DNA of 64,000 nt from Macrostomum lignano (lineage: Eukaryota): NCBI GenBank assembly GCA_002269645.1, contig NIVC01002791.1:62001-126000 (forward strand), written 5' to 3'. A program made the position numbers and the translations under genes. How positions within the stretch are numbered: the stretch's first letter is position 1; the number at the start of each line of letters is the position of its first letter. The notes under the pieces are model-generated. The model worked only from the letters and a program-made list of their open reading frames with translations. It did no database searches and had not been told where the DNA came from. Shown one piece after another: positions 1-12,710 of this stretch.

Positions 1-479
1 AAAAGTTAAAAAGTTAATTTAATTGCTCCAAAAAATTAACTGTAACTAATTAAATATTTAATTAACTTTTAAAATTTATAGTTTTTTAAATTTCAGGTCG
101 GCGTGGCGCGGCTGTAGCCAGGTCGCGGCGCGGCGCGGCGCGCGGCGGCGCGGCGCGCGGCGGCGCAACGCAGCGCAGGAGGTCGTGCGGCGGCGTGGGA
201 AGTCGCGCGGCGGCGCGACATGGCGCAGTATGGTGCAACGCGACAAGGAAATATCTATGCAGCGCGACGCGGAGCAGCGCAGCAGGAAAGGCAGAATCAT
301 TACATGTGTACACGCTAACTTCTAGTAGTCCTTGGGTAGAATATCAATAGATAATAGTTGAAGATTCCAGAATCTTCGGGAATATTCTATACATTGTAAC
401 TTGTAACTTGTAACATATAAATGTAATAGTTTGAGACGCGTTGTATAATGCTTAGAGAGGCGAAGTTATTTTATGTATG

Positions 480-2698
480 TGATGTAACCGCCCTTGTCGC
501 CGGTCCGCTCCTATTGAGAGACGAACGCATGACCAGAGGGGGCAATGACCGTAGGCTGCCTATGACCGGGCAATGACCTGACGGACCTCCAGCACCAGAC
601 TGTCCCGCCCACATGATTGATAGCTTTGGTAGCGCTTTGTGACCAGAGGGCCAAGGACCCACATGGACCCCACCTGTAGCCAAGGTGCAATAGTTGGTCA
701 CTCGGTCATAGTATGACCGAGTGGCTGCCACCACTCTATGTGACCTGGCGCACCTGGATCTTTCTACCAGACCTCTCGAGGCTAGAGCCCCGCCTGGGAT
801 GGTTACCAGGAGATTTAGGCTAACAGGGGAGACGCATGCAGCCGAGTACAGGGACTCTGCTTGGGGCATGATCGGGAACTCTGGGCTCAATCTGGAGGAT
901 TTCTCAGCAGGGGATCCTTTGTGGCTGTGAGCGAGGCTGACTTGCGACTTTGATTACTAAGAGTAGTATGAGGCGAACATGTACTGTCTCCAGTTTAGAT
1001 TGCTCAGGGCGAAGGGACGCGTTAGCATGGGGTTGCAACCTTCCTACTGCCATTCTGTGCCAAGACTCGCTAACCCCTCTACTACACGAACACGCGGCCC
1101 CGCAGCACGCACTCACAGGCGGGCTTTGCACGGGGAGAGGCCATTAGCTTACCCAAACTCCCTTATGCTTTGCCACCCCCGGAGAAAGGCTTAGCGAGCC
1201 ATGGGTGAAATGATGGTGAAAGAGTGAATAATAATGAGGTTAGTTAATAGTTAATAATTAGGCCCTTAGGCAAATAATCAGGCAATTAGGCGGCTTCACT
1301 ATTAAGTAAAAATACAGCAAAAGGTACGGTATTACAACTGGCTCAGCTCTCTAATCAGACAATGGAAAAATAGGTAAACTCCGGATAAGCAAAGGCAATT
1401 AGAGCACAAATCAGTAATAGGAACTTACCGGCAGCTGCACAGAGAGAGAGAGAGGTGGAGTGACCGAGGGCGGCTGTAGGCTGCAGTCAGGCAGACAGTG
1501 AAGCGGCGATACGCTGAGGCGACGAGGCGCTAGTGTAGATCAGGCGAAGCTGATGATGCTGGGCGGTATCAGACCGCTGGCCAATAGGCGAGCTCACTTG
1601 GGGAGCTGAAGATAACTTGGCGGTAACAGACCGCGGACCGGCAGGGATTCGTCTTATAGACGAATGAGTCAGAACTCAGTCTGACGGCAAGTCTAAAGAA
1701 AGACTAGGAGCCCGAAGGTGGGCAAAAGTTGAGTCTTCTCACGCCGAAAACCGCCTCCTTTTATAGCCTTCCCAGCCGCCGCTCCAAGGTCGTTTCCATG
1801 ACTCCCTCTCTCTGATTGGCTGCCGGCCGAATGACGCCAGAATGAGTCATGATGAGAAGCATGAGACCGGCATAGCAACATGAGAAAAAGGGAAATTGCG
1901 CAATCCGGAGGTGGGGTGGGGGGATAATTGGCGCAGCGGGTGGTCGCGAAAGTGTTGCGCAAGCAAACGTTGAGAACAATGGGGCTGGGGTTGAGAACAA
2001 AGGAATTGGAAATCGGGGATAATTCGGGAGAATCGAGAACAATGGAAAAGTAAACATTGGAGAAAAGGTGATAATTAGGTGCGAAAACGAGAACAAAAGA
2101 AAGAGAAAATCGGAGAAAATGTGATAATTGGTGGGGGTAAAGAGAACAAAAGAATCAAAAACGAGAACAATAGAAGCGGAGGTGGAGTGGGGGTCGCATG
2201 AGAAATTTGGGGAGGAGAACAATGGCATGAGAAAAGGTTGCGCAAGAGAGGGGGATGAGTCATCGATGAGTCATCGAGGGGAAGAAGGGGTCACACGACT
2301 TGCGTCACCGTTTGGGAGTTTGGGAAAGGATGGGAGGTCGGTGAGCACACAACATACTGTAAGTAGACGTAGAGAAAGAGGGGACAGCGCAAGAAAAGAG
2401 TGCAGAGAGAGACAAAAAGAGGGGGGATAGGGAAAGTACAAGAAGAATAGGGTGGAGTGCAGGGGAGATAAGGTAGAGGGGAGGGTACAGAGAGGGACAG
2501 GGAGCTCCGGAAAGGCAGGTGTGGCGGCAGGGGAGACGGAACCAAGGCAGCAGGGGGTGCAGCAGAGCGGGAGACTCCAGGCCTGGTCGGAAACCTGGCC
2601 GAGTCTCGACAGCTCTGTGCAGGGGGGGTACACGGGATAGGAGGCACTTACGAAAAAGTTCCCATGCCCTATCCCGCGACCAGAGCGTGGTTACATCA
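480..2698 (-). mobile_element. Solo LTR (~2.2 kb) of an LTR retrotransposon
   Basis: Perfect 10-bp inverted termini TGATGTAACC (480-489) and GGTTACATCA (2689-2698), i.e. TG...CA, with a 4-bp TSD TATG (476-479 and 2699-2702). On the minus strand CCAAT (1815-1819) lies upstream of TATAAAA (1759-1765). AP-1 sites TGAGTCA near 1665, 1843 and 2256-2274. No retroelement ORF inside. Confidence 0.75.
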
Positions 2699-3070
2699 TA
2701 TGTATTAATTTTACTTTTTAATGGCATACAAGCTGTTGAAACCCGCGGATTTTGAACCCGGGGAACTCCATTTCCCGGAATTATTAACTCCGGAATGTTT
2801 TGTCATTTAACTTTAACTTACAGAAAAATTTCGTTAACTAGTTAATTAATACATAAAAAAATTAACGAAATTTAACGATTTAAAAAAAAAATTAACTAGT
2901 TAAACAATTAACTAGTTAACGCCCAACATTGTATGAGGTTAATAATTCTGTGAGCTATTGATGCATTCAGATATGAGCATAAGATATTGCCAGGTACCTC
3001 TTAATCTACATTTGACAGCATAGTACTTGAGAACATGTCCATTAATGCAGTTCCGATATGATCATTTGCC

Positions 3071-3946
3071 TTACTTGTCAGTGCACAGGCTGGAAAGCTT
3101 CGCTGGCTTCCTATTTCTTCTGGCAGCGGTGGTCGCTGCTGACAAGTCCTTCGACAGGTTCTTCATCACTGAGTTAAAGAAGAACCTGACAACACCGCCC
3201 TTGATGCAGTGGCCTTGAGAACAGATAGTGCGATCAAAGAATATTTCCATGAAGACACCATCCTCCATCAGCTCATCCACGAGGTTGGAGAACAGCAGCA
3301 CCTGGCTCGGAGAGCAGAGCAGCTGGCATCTCAGTGTTTCGCTCTGTGTCGAATCTCCTCAAAAATTCTCCAACAGTGGCTTGCTGGATTTGCGAGATGC
3401 TAGATCAATAAAAGTGAAGGCAGCGGACTGGAGCAGAGCGTCTGCTTCACGAGGAAGCAGAACGTCTAACTCAAGCAGAAGCTCCCGGCAGGACTCGCAG
3501 CCACTGAGATACAGCTGCTCCAGAAGAAATGCCACAGATCTGTCGATCTTTCTGTTCGAGCACATTTGTTAGCTTGTCCTCTGCCGGTCGAGGAAGCCGT
3601 TAGCCTGCTCGGGTGACTCAGACAGATCAGTGCTTTCCTTCCAGTTCTTCACCTTTGCCATAAGATTCGGCAGCCCACTAATAGTAGAAATCGTGCCTTC
3701 GTCACCTTGTCCTTTGACAGCGGGGAAGCCGTTGATAGCGATAGAGACTTTATGATCGGAGTCAATGCAGATGGAACAGGCGATCCGGCAGACTGGCTTA
3801 AAATCTAGCATGTAAATACACAACTGGCCGTTGCAGATGCTGGTGTGAAATCCAGCAGGTCGGCTCTGCTCTGCATCGAGCAACTCCTGAATCTCCACAG
3901 GTGTGCGATCGAGAATTGAGTATTCAACAAAAATCGTCCATCTCAC
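3071..3946 (-). pseudogene. Internally deleted P-element-like transposase remnant (N-terminal linker fused to C-terminus)
   Basis: ORF pieces ICSICIDSDHKVSIAING...VAFLLEQL, CESCRELL and CSQGHCIKGGVVRFFFNSVMKNLSK...RKPAKLSS resemble the N- and C-terminal parts of invertebrate P-like transposases. The catalytic core is absent and the frames are broken. Confidence 0.4.
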
Positions 3947-4344
3947 CCTAAAGACGCATCTTGTTCAAGTCGAGTCGAACACGTGCTTTGCGCCGGTTGT
4001 CGAGGCGTTGACAGGCACTTTGGTGCATTGGGAGAATTGTAGGCACAGCATCAGACTTCAGTTATCGCTTTTTAAGCGTGCTGCTGTCCCTCTTGCGTAG
4101 GGATTCAAATCCCGGAATCCCGGGATTTGGCCTCTAAAGCCGGGATTTCAGTCCCGGGATTTTGCGACAAACTTGACAGGTGGGGTTTTTGAATAGAAAA
4201 GGGTGAGACTTTGGTCACATTCAGGTTAACATGTACCATAATTTGGAAGTTCTAAAAATAGATGTCGAGAACCGGTTTTTCGGACAATAGCATAGTCACT
4301 CGCTGTTTGCGTGATATTACTGGTATTACTAAAAATAGGATTTT

Positions 4345-4882
4345 TCGGTTGGCGCTAAACCTGGCAGGCGACACTGCGGACGAGCGCAGAAATGAGCTGC
4401 GTGAGTTTTTCGCCGCCATCGTCAACGCGCCGCCGCCCCTGCTGCCGCATAACCTGACGCTGCCGCCGGAGACGCCGTTGCCGGCAGAGGAGAGTTTCAG
4501 TGTAGCCCCAGTCAGCACAGCCGACGTTGTGAAACTCACCCAGCTGTCACCGGGCGGCAAGGCGCTGGGTCCGGACGAGGTGCCCATCGAAGCACTGCGC
4601 ATCCACTGTGTGGCCAGTGAGGTCGCCAGATTGATGAATCGAATGCTTTCCGGTGAGGCGGCACCCAACGAATGGACCACGGCACACATCGTCGCAGTTC
4701 CTAAGAAGCCGGGCACCACGAGGCTTGAAGAGCACCGAGGCATCTGCCTTCACTCCTGCGCTGCGAAGCTGTTCAACCGCCTGCTGTTATCGCGATCCTG
4801 ATTGTCATCTTTGTTGATTTCAAGAAGGCGTTTGACTCGGTTGTCAGGGCTGCGCTCCCAATGGTGCTCCGTGCGTACAACG
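4345..4882 (+). mobile_element. RTE-clade LINE internal fragment (pre-RT region and start of RT)
   Basis: LALNLAGDT..ERRNELR.FFA.IVNAP, GGKALGPDEVP, WTTAHIVAVPKK, CAAKLFNRLLL, KAFDSVVRAALPMVLRAY. Clearly homologous to the longer copy at 36852-38570. Confidence 0.85.
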
Positions 4883-4884
4883 TG

Positions 4885-7620
4885 CGTAGAAATTCGAAGG
4901 AAGTTTCTGCATCTCTTCGTAGATGGATTTCAAACGCTAAATGCTTTCCTGGATTTTGTGATCATGCTTTCCAAGAACTTTCTCATCGACGCAGCTCCGA
5001 CGATGGCACTGCCTTTGACTACTGCAATGTAGTGGCTGATGAGATGTCATTGGAATCAATGATTGAATGGAATTCGAATGAAGGCATGTTCTTCGGCTAT
5101 GTTGACAAAGGGGATGGCAAGGCAAGTGATCAGGAGGCGACGTCGGCATTGGTAGTGATGGCTGTGGGTCTGAAGAACTATTGGAAGTTGCCATTAGGTT
5201 ATTTTCTAGTATTGAAATGGTGAAGTAGAAGGCAGTTTGCTTCCCGGTTTAGGCACTTAAGATTACCTTAAGTCTCGAGCCTTTTCAGTGGGAAGTTCTC
5301 TTAACTCTCAGTAGCGTAGGTAGTTCTGCCACCAGTTCCTTCAGGTCTCGGCCTTCGATGAGGTGAGCTTCCCGTCGGAACGAAATAACGAAGTCAACGA
5401 ACACAGCACGACGTGCAGATTTGCAGCTCAACGTAAAAGACGTCTCGTCAGCAGCACCTGCCGGGCTTGGTTGGTGGATGGGAGGGCTGAGCTAGCCTCT
5501 CGTAGGTTCGAGGTTGGGCTTTAGTGGGGTCTCAGTAAGACCAGTACAAGCAGATTCAGTGTCCGCAAAGGGGCACTTAGTTCAGTCAATAACGCACACG
5601 GGATCTTAGAAGTTTAGAGGCAGGCAAAGACTCCTTGACGGAAACAAGGGGGAGAGGGGTCCTATTTATAGCCGGGATTCTCCGGCCCTCGTGACTCGTT
5701 CTATTTTTAGAACTGACTTCACTTGAGGTCTGCGGGAAGAGTGCGCCCGGGAGTGACTCAGTGTCTATTTTTAGAACTGACGTCACTCTCCGCCTTAGAG
5801 AAGTGCAAGGGGCCGCATGACTCAGTATCTATTTTTAGATACTGAGTCATCCTTTGCCTTAGGGAAGGCAAGGGCCCCGAGGCACGTGATTCTCCCATAA
5901 ACAGGACCAGCGAGTGCAGTAAACATGTTTACTGCACTTTAGGACTCCAAGAACACAAGATTTGTCATGTGACTTGCTCACATGACAGAGGAAACCGGGA
6001 CGGGAATGAAACAGAGACAGCGTGTCAGCCCACAGCAGAGAGGCTGAGGGCTGAAAACAGAGGCACAAGAAACGAACAGGGCAGGAAAAGGGGCAACAAC
6101 AGACAGACAAGGGAGACGGGAAGCTGACCAGCGGCAGACAGCAACCCAGGGCGAGGACGCGGGCGAGGGAAACTGCTGACAAAGGGGGACGCCTAACACT
6201 AAACTAGCGGCTCACTACAATGGTGTGAATGGTGAATTTTTGTCTAGTGTTGTAGAAGAATAAATTCAGAGGCTTTATCGGGTTGGCGTTGTCGTGACAT
6301 GCGATGGAACGCAGCACAACATTCGAGCTATTGAACTTCTTGGGGCTAAAATTAGTTCTCCGGACTCAATTGTCGCCACGTTCCCTCATCCTTGTGACCC
6401 AAGAATTCAGGTTTCTGCCTTCCTCGATCCGCCTCATATGTTGAAGCTGATTCGCAATCAGTGGCAATCAATGGGCACGATAGTTTGGCCGAATAGGAGT
6501 AATATTGATTGGAAATATGTTTCACTATTGCAGCAAGTTCAGGAGAGTCACGGGCTCAAACTGGGAAATAAACTAAGCAGGCATCACATCAACTTTTCCA
6601 ATTTAAAGATGAAGGTCTATTTGGCATCCCAGATTTTTAGTAAGTCAGTTTCTGACTCCCTGCGGTGGGTACATCAGCAAGCTTTGGCCGGATTCGAGCA
6701 CCATGATGTACTTGTGACGGCAGATTTTATTGATCACATGAATGAGTTGTTCGACGCCTTTAACTCCAAGCGACTAGTAAATTACGGGGCCAAAATGGCT
6801 CTAAGAGCTGACAACCAGTCGGACTTTATTGACTTCTTTACTGACTCGATTAAGCTTCTCGGAAGTCTTGAAAATCTGTCTGGACGCAAAATTGTTGAAA
6901 ATGCAAAGAAAACAGGCTTTCTCGGCTTCATGGTGAATTGTGAGGCTGTTATGGCCCTTGCCAAGTATTTGCTTTCAAGTTGTGCTTTTTTCTTTCTTTG
7001 CACTTACAAGTTGTCGCGGGATTTTCTTGAGTTATTTTTTAATGCCGTCAGACTTTGAAACGGCTGGAATCACAATCCGACTCCGAGACAGTTTCGCTCA
7101 GCCTTTAGACAGTTACTAGTGCACGCTGGAGGTGGAATTCTCCAATCGACTAGTCCCAATGTTAAGCAACAGGATGCCACTATTCAGTTGTCATAATCAT
7201 GTCTGCCTTCGTCACTATCAACAGAGGCAGGAAAACCTCAATGGAAGCAGATAAATGCTCAGAAGTTTGGGTTTAAGCCTTAATTCCATTCAACATTGTG
7301 TGAATTCATCAAAATGCGAAGTATGCCAGTCGATTGTGTATTACATTGCAGGCGCAGTGGTCCGCAGTATGCTTAAATTAATTGAATGCGCCCCGTGCAG
7401 ATCAGCACTCATTTCCAGCACTGAAATGTCAGCGGCTGCACGGTTGCCCTGCTCTCTTGTCACCATGAAAAATGTGCTGAATAAAGAAGGGACTGGGGAA
7501 TTGATTTTTCCAAGCAGCAATGTCTTGCAAGTTTTGCTTCATGCCATGGGAATGAGAAATGGCATGGGAAAGAGGCACACTTTTTTACTCTCCATGCGCA
7601 GTCTAGTCTTACTTCTTGGT
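4885..7620 (+). pseudogene. P-element/THAP9-family transposase pseudogene, split by a solo LTR
   Basis: VVADEMS, FGYVD, ALVVMAVGL..YWKLPLGYFL (to ~5215). After the insertion: VTCDG, DPPHMLKLIRN, KMKVYLASQIFSKSV, FDAFNS, LSRDFLELFF...NPT..QFRSAF, YYIAGAVVR..CAPC. In-frame stops near 6260 and at 7056-7058. Confidence 0.85.
5221..6219 (-). mobile_element. Solo LTR (999 bp) inserted in the P-like transposase
   Basis: TGAAGTAG...CACTACA (TG...CA) flanked by a 4-bp TSD ATGG (5217-5220 and 6220-6223). Minus-strand TATAAATA at 5663-5670 with repeated enhancer-like motifs upstream (5692-5850). Transposase homology resumes right after it. Confidence 0.75.
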
Positions 7621-8046
7621 CTGTCGTAGATCCATTGTTTCTGCCCCCCACCCCCAAAGACAGGAGTGTACATTCAATATGTCTGGGGGATAGAACTTCC
7701 ATTCCAACCCGTTCACTCGTCACATGCGTGTTTTAGCTAGCTTGAATTCAATTATATATACTTGAAGTATATGAGTATATTGTACGCCCTTCAGGCAGAA
7801 CCTTTTTGCTCCGTTTTATAATTATAACTCTGCTCTGTCAGCGACTACTCTTTGCTTTTACAAAAAAACTTCTGCATAATTTTTGCATTACCATTGTAGG
7901 AATATCTTAAGCCAACATCCCTTGCTCACGATCACGGTGAAAGCATATAGCGGTTGCAGCAATTGCGATCGTGTTGAAATCCAAAGCCCAAGTCCAAATT
8001 ATTAGTCTGGTCAGAATAGCTTAGGTCTACTCCTGAGATCAATTCA

Positions 8047-11000
8047 GTGTCGAAATGTGCAGAAGTTCTTAAAAAGAAAAATTTCTGCGCCGCGACAAAG
8101 GCAAGAAAAGCAGCTGACACAGCCAAAATGATCCTTCGTGTCTCTATTAATTTCTCGAAGGCCGTCCTGCCGAGCCTAGAATTTGATCCGTCCAAGATCA
8201 GCAACGTACAACTACACCTGGACAGTACAAATTGCATCTCCTGGATGGATGCCAACACGGACTGGACGATTATTGGCACGTCTGACTCTAGATCTATTCA
8301 ACTTCTAACGGCCGAACGTGAGTGCAACATTAACGCAGGAAATTATAACAATGTCAAAATGGAACTCTGCAGCGGACACACTCCAAGTAAGGTCCTTGAG
8401 TTCAGTACCGAGAAACTAAAAATTCCCGACTCTGAAAAGGGAAAGAACCTTATAAATGTAGTAAAATTCACAGAAAAGGGGCCTGAGTCCAACTGGTCTT
8501 GTATGCCCATCTATCCTGTCACGCTAAATTTCCAGTGCGAAAATTCAGTGTCAATACCAAAGTCTGAACTCCAGATTGATATGACATGCAAAAAAACAGC
8601 GTGCTCAAACCACTGGACAGCCTAGTAATTTGCGCCAAATTCCATCGCGTGGACACGAACCGCGATGTAACAAAGGCTGAATTACCTAATCTGAAGTTGA
8701 CTGATAAGGCCAATTTCAGTCTTGTCGTACGCGCAGCGAATGATAATGATGAAGCTGTGGAAATCACCGTGCAACCAAACCGTCTCGAGGAAGCCCCCGC
8801 GACTACTGTTAAGAAAAAAGAACGCAGTTTGGCAAGCAAAGCAGCTGACACAGCCAAAATGATCCTTCGTGTCTCTATTAATTTCACGAAGGCCGGCCTG
8901 CAGAGCCTAGAATTTCATCCGTCCGAGATCAGCAACGTAAAACTACACCTGGACAGTACAAATTGCATCGCCTGGATGGATGCCAACACGGACTGGACGA
9001 TTATTGGCAACGACGAAACGTCTGAGTCTATTCAACTTCAACTTTTAACGGCCGAACGTGAGTGCAACATCAACGCAGGAAATTATAACAATGTCAAAAT
9101 GGAACTCTGCAGCAGACGCACTCCAAGTAAGGTCCTTCAGTTCAGTACCAGGGAACTAAAAATTTCCGACTCTAAAACGAGAAAGAACAATATAAATGTT
9201 AATGTGCAATTCACAGAAAAGGGGCCTGAGTCCAAGTGGTCTTGTTTGCGCATCTATCCTGTCAAGCTAAATTTCCAGTGCAAAAATTCAGAAGTTTCAA
9301 TGCCAGAGTCTGAACTCCAGATTGATATGATATGCAGAAGCAGCATACTCAAACCACTGGACAGCCTAGCAATTTGCGCCAATTTCCGTCGCGTGGACAC
9401 GAATTGCGATGTAAAAAAGGCTGAATTACCTAATCTGAAGTTGACTGATAAGCCCAATTTCAATCTTGTCGTACGCGCAGCGAAAGATAATGATGAAGCT
9501 GTGGAAATCACCGAGCTAGGTACTCTGGTGATTGAGTTCCGCATCGACTGCGACAATCTTGCGGAAAACAGATCCGTGAAATTACTCCATGAAAATAAGG
9601 ATATCAAACTTGAAGAAGAAAGAAAAACTGACAGCCTGCACCTTATTGGAACAACTACCCTAACAGTGTTCAGACAAGAAATGAAGCTGGTTTCAGTTAT
9701 CAATGCTGAAGAGAAATCCTTTGAAGACTGTAAGTTTGTCTTGCAGATTTCAGAAACCGAAGATTCTTTAACGGAAGAAAATATGTTTAGCTTACAAAAA
9801 CTAGGTGAAGACAAGGAAAACCTCTTAAAGAGAGTAATTGTTTGCGTCAAGATTGAGCCGTTCAAAGCAGTCTTGCTTGTTCCAAAATGTTTGATACTTT
9901 GCTTTGAGCTGAAAGCTGAGAAAGCAGATGACGCTTGGATAGTTACCAGCATTGGTGACCATTCTCACAAATGTACCCAGGACGAGGTAGGGCAGACTGG
10001 CGGTTTCGTCTTATCTCACGTATGCCAGGTTACTTACGAGTATTTGGAATTTGAATATGGCTACGTCAGCTTCAAAGTTTGGAAGTGCCTCCAAGGCGAC
10101 GTGGAATTTCGTGGAGCCGTGGAGAATTTCCTCGTGGAGATTTCAGGTGTGCCAGCAACTGCTGACGGCGTTGTCATCAGAGGTCAATTAAAGGACCTTC
10201 CCAACACGCTAGAAATTCAGCCCCTGGACAAATGCAGCCTGATCGATTTAGTCGTGTACTATTTTGACTGCGAGGATAAATTCGACGAGTCGCATCACGT
10301 GACCGGAAACTGCATGGAACTGGGCAATGGGAGCTGCTCAGAGACCAACCAGCTAAGTTGGAGTGAAGAATGTGGAAAAGGCGTAAAATACTTTAAGTCA
10401 GCAACGCTTTTGGTGACGAAATCACTCGGGAAAGATGGTGCAAAGCTAGCGTATCACGTGACTGGAAATCCAACCAATAGGGACACTAGTTCCCCAACGG
10501 AAGAGGCATATTTTTCATTAACAAAATCATCAGAAAAAATGAAATCCGAGGGTGAGGAGATATCTCGATGGTGGCTTAGTGACTGGATTGATTTAGGTCA
10601 GAAGGAATCGGACCAGAAGGAACCGGACCAGAAGGAATCCGACCAGAAGGAATCGGACCAGAAATCGGATGTTACCTTAAACATCGCTGCGTTTTGTGAA
10701 ATAAAATTTGAAGAGTTCTTGCAGTATATTAGCATTAAGACAAATTTTGATAAGGAATACATTCAGTTGATCCGTTCGCCCCAAGAAAAGAAGCCAACAA
10801 GGAAAGATCCGATCGGCCTTGAGAAGTGGAGCCACAAAATCAAATTCAACGCGTATATTAATGGTACAATTTTTTTAAATATTGACAGAAAGCAGCTCTG
10901 CTTTACGGAGCTTTTATTGGCTTACAAAGTTAACAAGAAAGTCACATTAGTTACATACTACAAGACCATCAAGCTCCAAGGCGACCCGTTGCGAGGGGAG

Positions 11001-12710
11001 ATTAATTACGAAGTATCAGTGAGCAGTGACTACAGAAGCATTGATGTCAGGCCAGGAGTATATGTGACCCTTCAACTGGCTTCTTTTACCGTTCCGAGCC
11101 CCGCAAAAGCTGAGAAGAAAGATCAAGATATAACCATTTCCGGAAAGTTTTTGCTACGAAGTGGCACTAAAGAAAATGGGTCCCTTACGCCGGCTGAGTC
11201 AGATGCAGCCAGGAATGTGGGCGAGGAAAAATCATCATGCGGTTGTACGTGCAGGAACGCCGATGGCACGAAGGCCAAAGAGTGCAAAGGAAATGAATTA
11301 ATTCAAGCTAGCAAGTCGCTTTTAATGTTTAAGCATGGACGGCAGCTCATGTTGTCGGGTAAAAGGCCTTTGTATGTGAAATTTGAGCAGACCAATCAGA
11401 AGTCGGCAGTCTGTGATCGGAATGATTCAGATGGATTATTGACTGGGTTCACGCGCATTGATCTGGCCTGTGGTCCAGCCTCTGGAAGCCTCGAATACTA
11501 CTGCCAGTTGCCAAGCAACAGATCTGAACTCATTATGACAAATCTTTTAAAAGTGCAGCTCAAGTTAGTTACGAAATGGAAAGAGAACGATATGATTGAT
11601 AGCCTTGAAATACGAGGAGTTGGATGCTGTTCAGAACAGGAAACTGCTGGAATATACAAGTGGATCAAGAATATCACTTTGAAGATGTTCCAGATGCAGG
11701 AAGAACTCTTTCTAACTGGTCAGCGACAATTGTGCATTATGCGCGTTCTAAAATCAAAAGACGAAATTAAGGAGCAATCAAAACATAAAATTCAGCTTCT
11801 TGCACACCAGCCTGGCGAGTACCTCCAGTTTCAAATTGAACTTTTCTCAGGAAACGACGCTCATAGAGTGTTTCCAAACATGCCGATGAATCAGCTACCC
11901 AAGGACTCCATTTTGAGGTACTTCCAGACTACTCTTCGTTCGGTACTTCCCGATTTTTCCGCAAAGTTTACCGAGGTGAGAGACGTTTACGCCAAGCGCC
12001 TCGTGCCGCTGATCAAGCAGAACGGGGACTACGACGAAGCGGACGGAGCGAGCAGGCCGCACGAGTTTCACGATATTTGGGGCGAAGATCCGGAGTCGGA
12101 TCTGGACGAAGTGGACGAGTTGGCCATCGTGGAGCCTAGGAGTGCCGTGAGATATGTCCAGCAGAAGCGGCACAGAAATCTGGAAAACTCAAGAAATTTC
12201 ACTCAAGAGATTCACAATCGACTGAACAAGAAATATCACTCAAGGGAAAGAATAGTTTGGAGTCACCTTAGTGCGGCCGCCGCTAGCTGCCCTGCTTGTA
12301 AAGGTATCTACAACGAGTACGAATACCGAGGATCTAACCTGCGCAAAGCGTCGGCAGAGTCGGAGAAACTACTGCACGACGAATACATCGGTGTGTTAAC
12401 GCAAGTGGCAAAAAACATCGTCAGCAAAGAATGCACCTGCCGCTACGACCACCAGCTTGTCATGAGCAATTCGGCGGCTGTGGTTCGAGGACGAATAGAG
12501 GCCTTCCTGGTGGACAACACGTCTAATATGCTGAGCGACCAGTTCTTCGACGAATGGCGCCGGCACACAGAATCCTCCGGGTCTTGGTTTGTACTTCTAC
12601 TGGCTGTGTGGCAAAGGTCTAAGATGAGGAGCAGAATGGGATTCGAGGACACCATCCGTGAGACCTGTCTGTCTGTACCGGCTTTCTTCAAGTGGAAAAC
12701 CGAGGATTAG
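8047..12710 (+). CDS. Large uncharacterised protein: a 1374-aa uninterrupted ORF, probably joined to the upstream 8047-8625 ORF across a frameshift
   Basis: Stop-free frame of 4.1 kb (8586-12710) with non-repetitive composition. The N-terminal ~225-aa unit is tandemly duplicated (about 8108-8769 vs 8839-9512). An A7 run near 8590 shifts the frame relative to the intact second copy. No recognisable domain. Confidence 0.7.

Noticed and set aside
76-313. Arg/Ala-rich ORFs at the window start
   Set aside because: A (GCGGC)n low-complexity tract, probably inside a decayed DNA transposon (AATTAAC-rich ends at 1-70 and 2800-2930) that I could not delimit.
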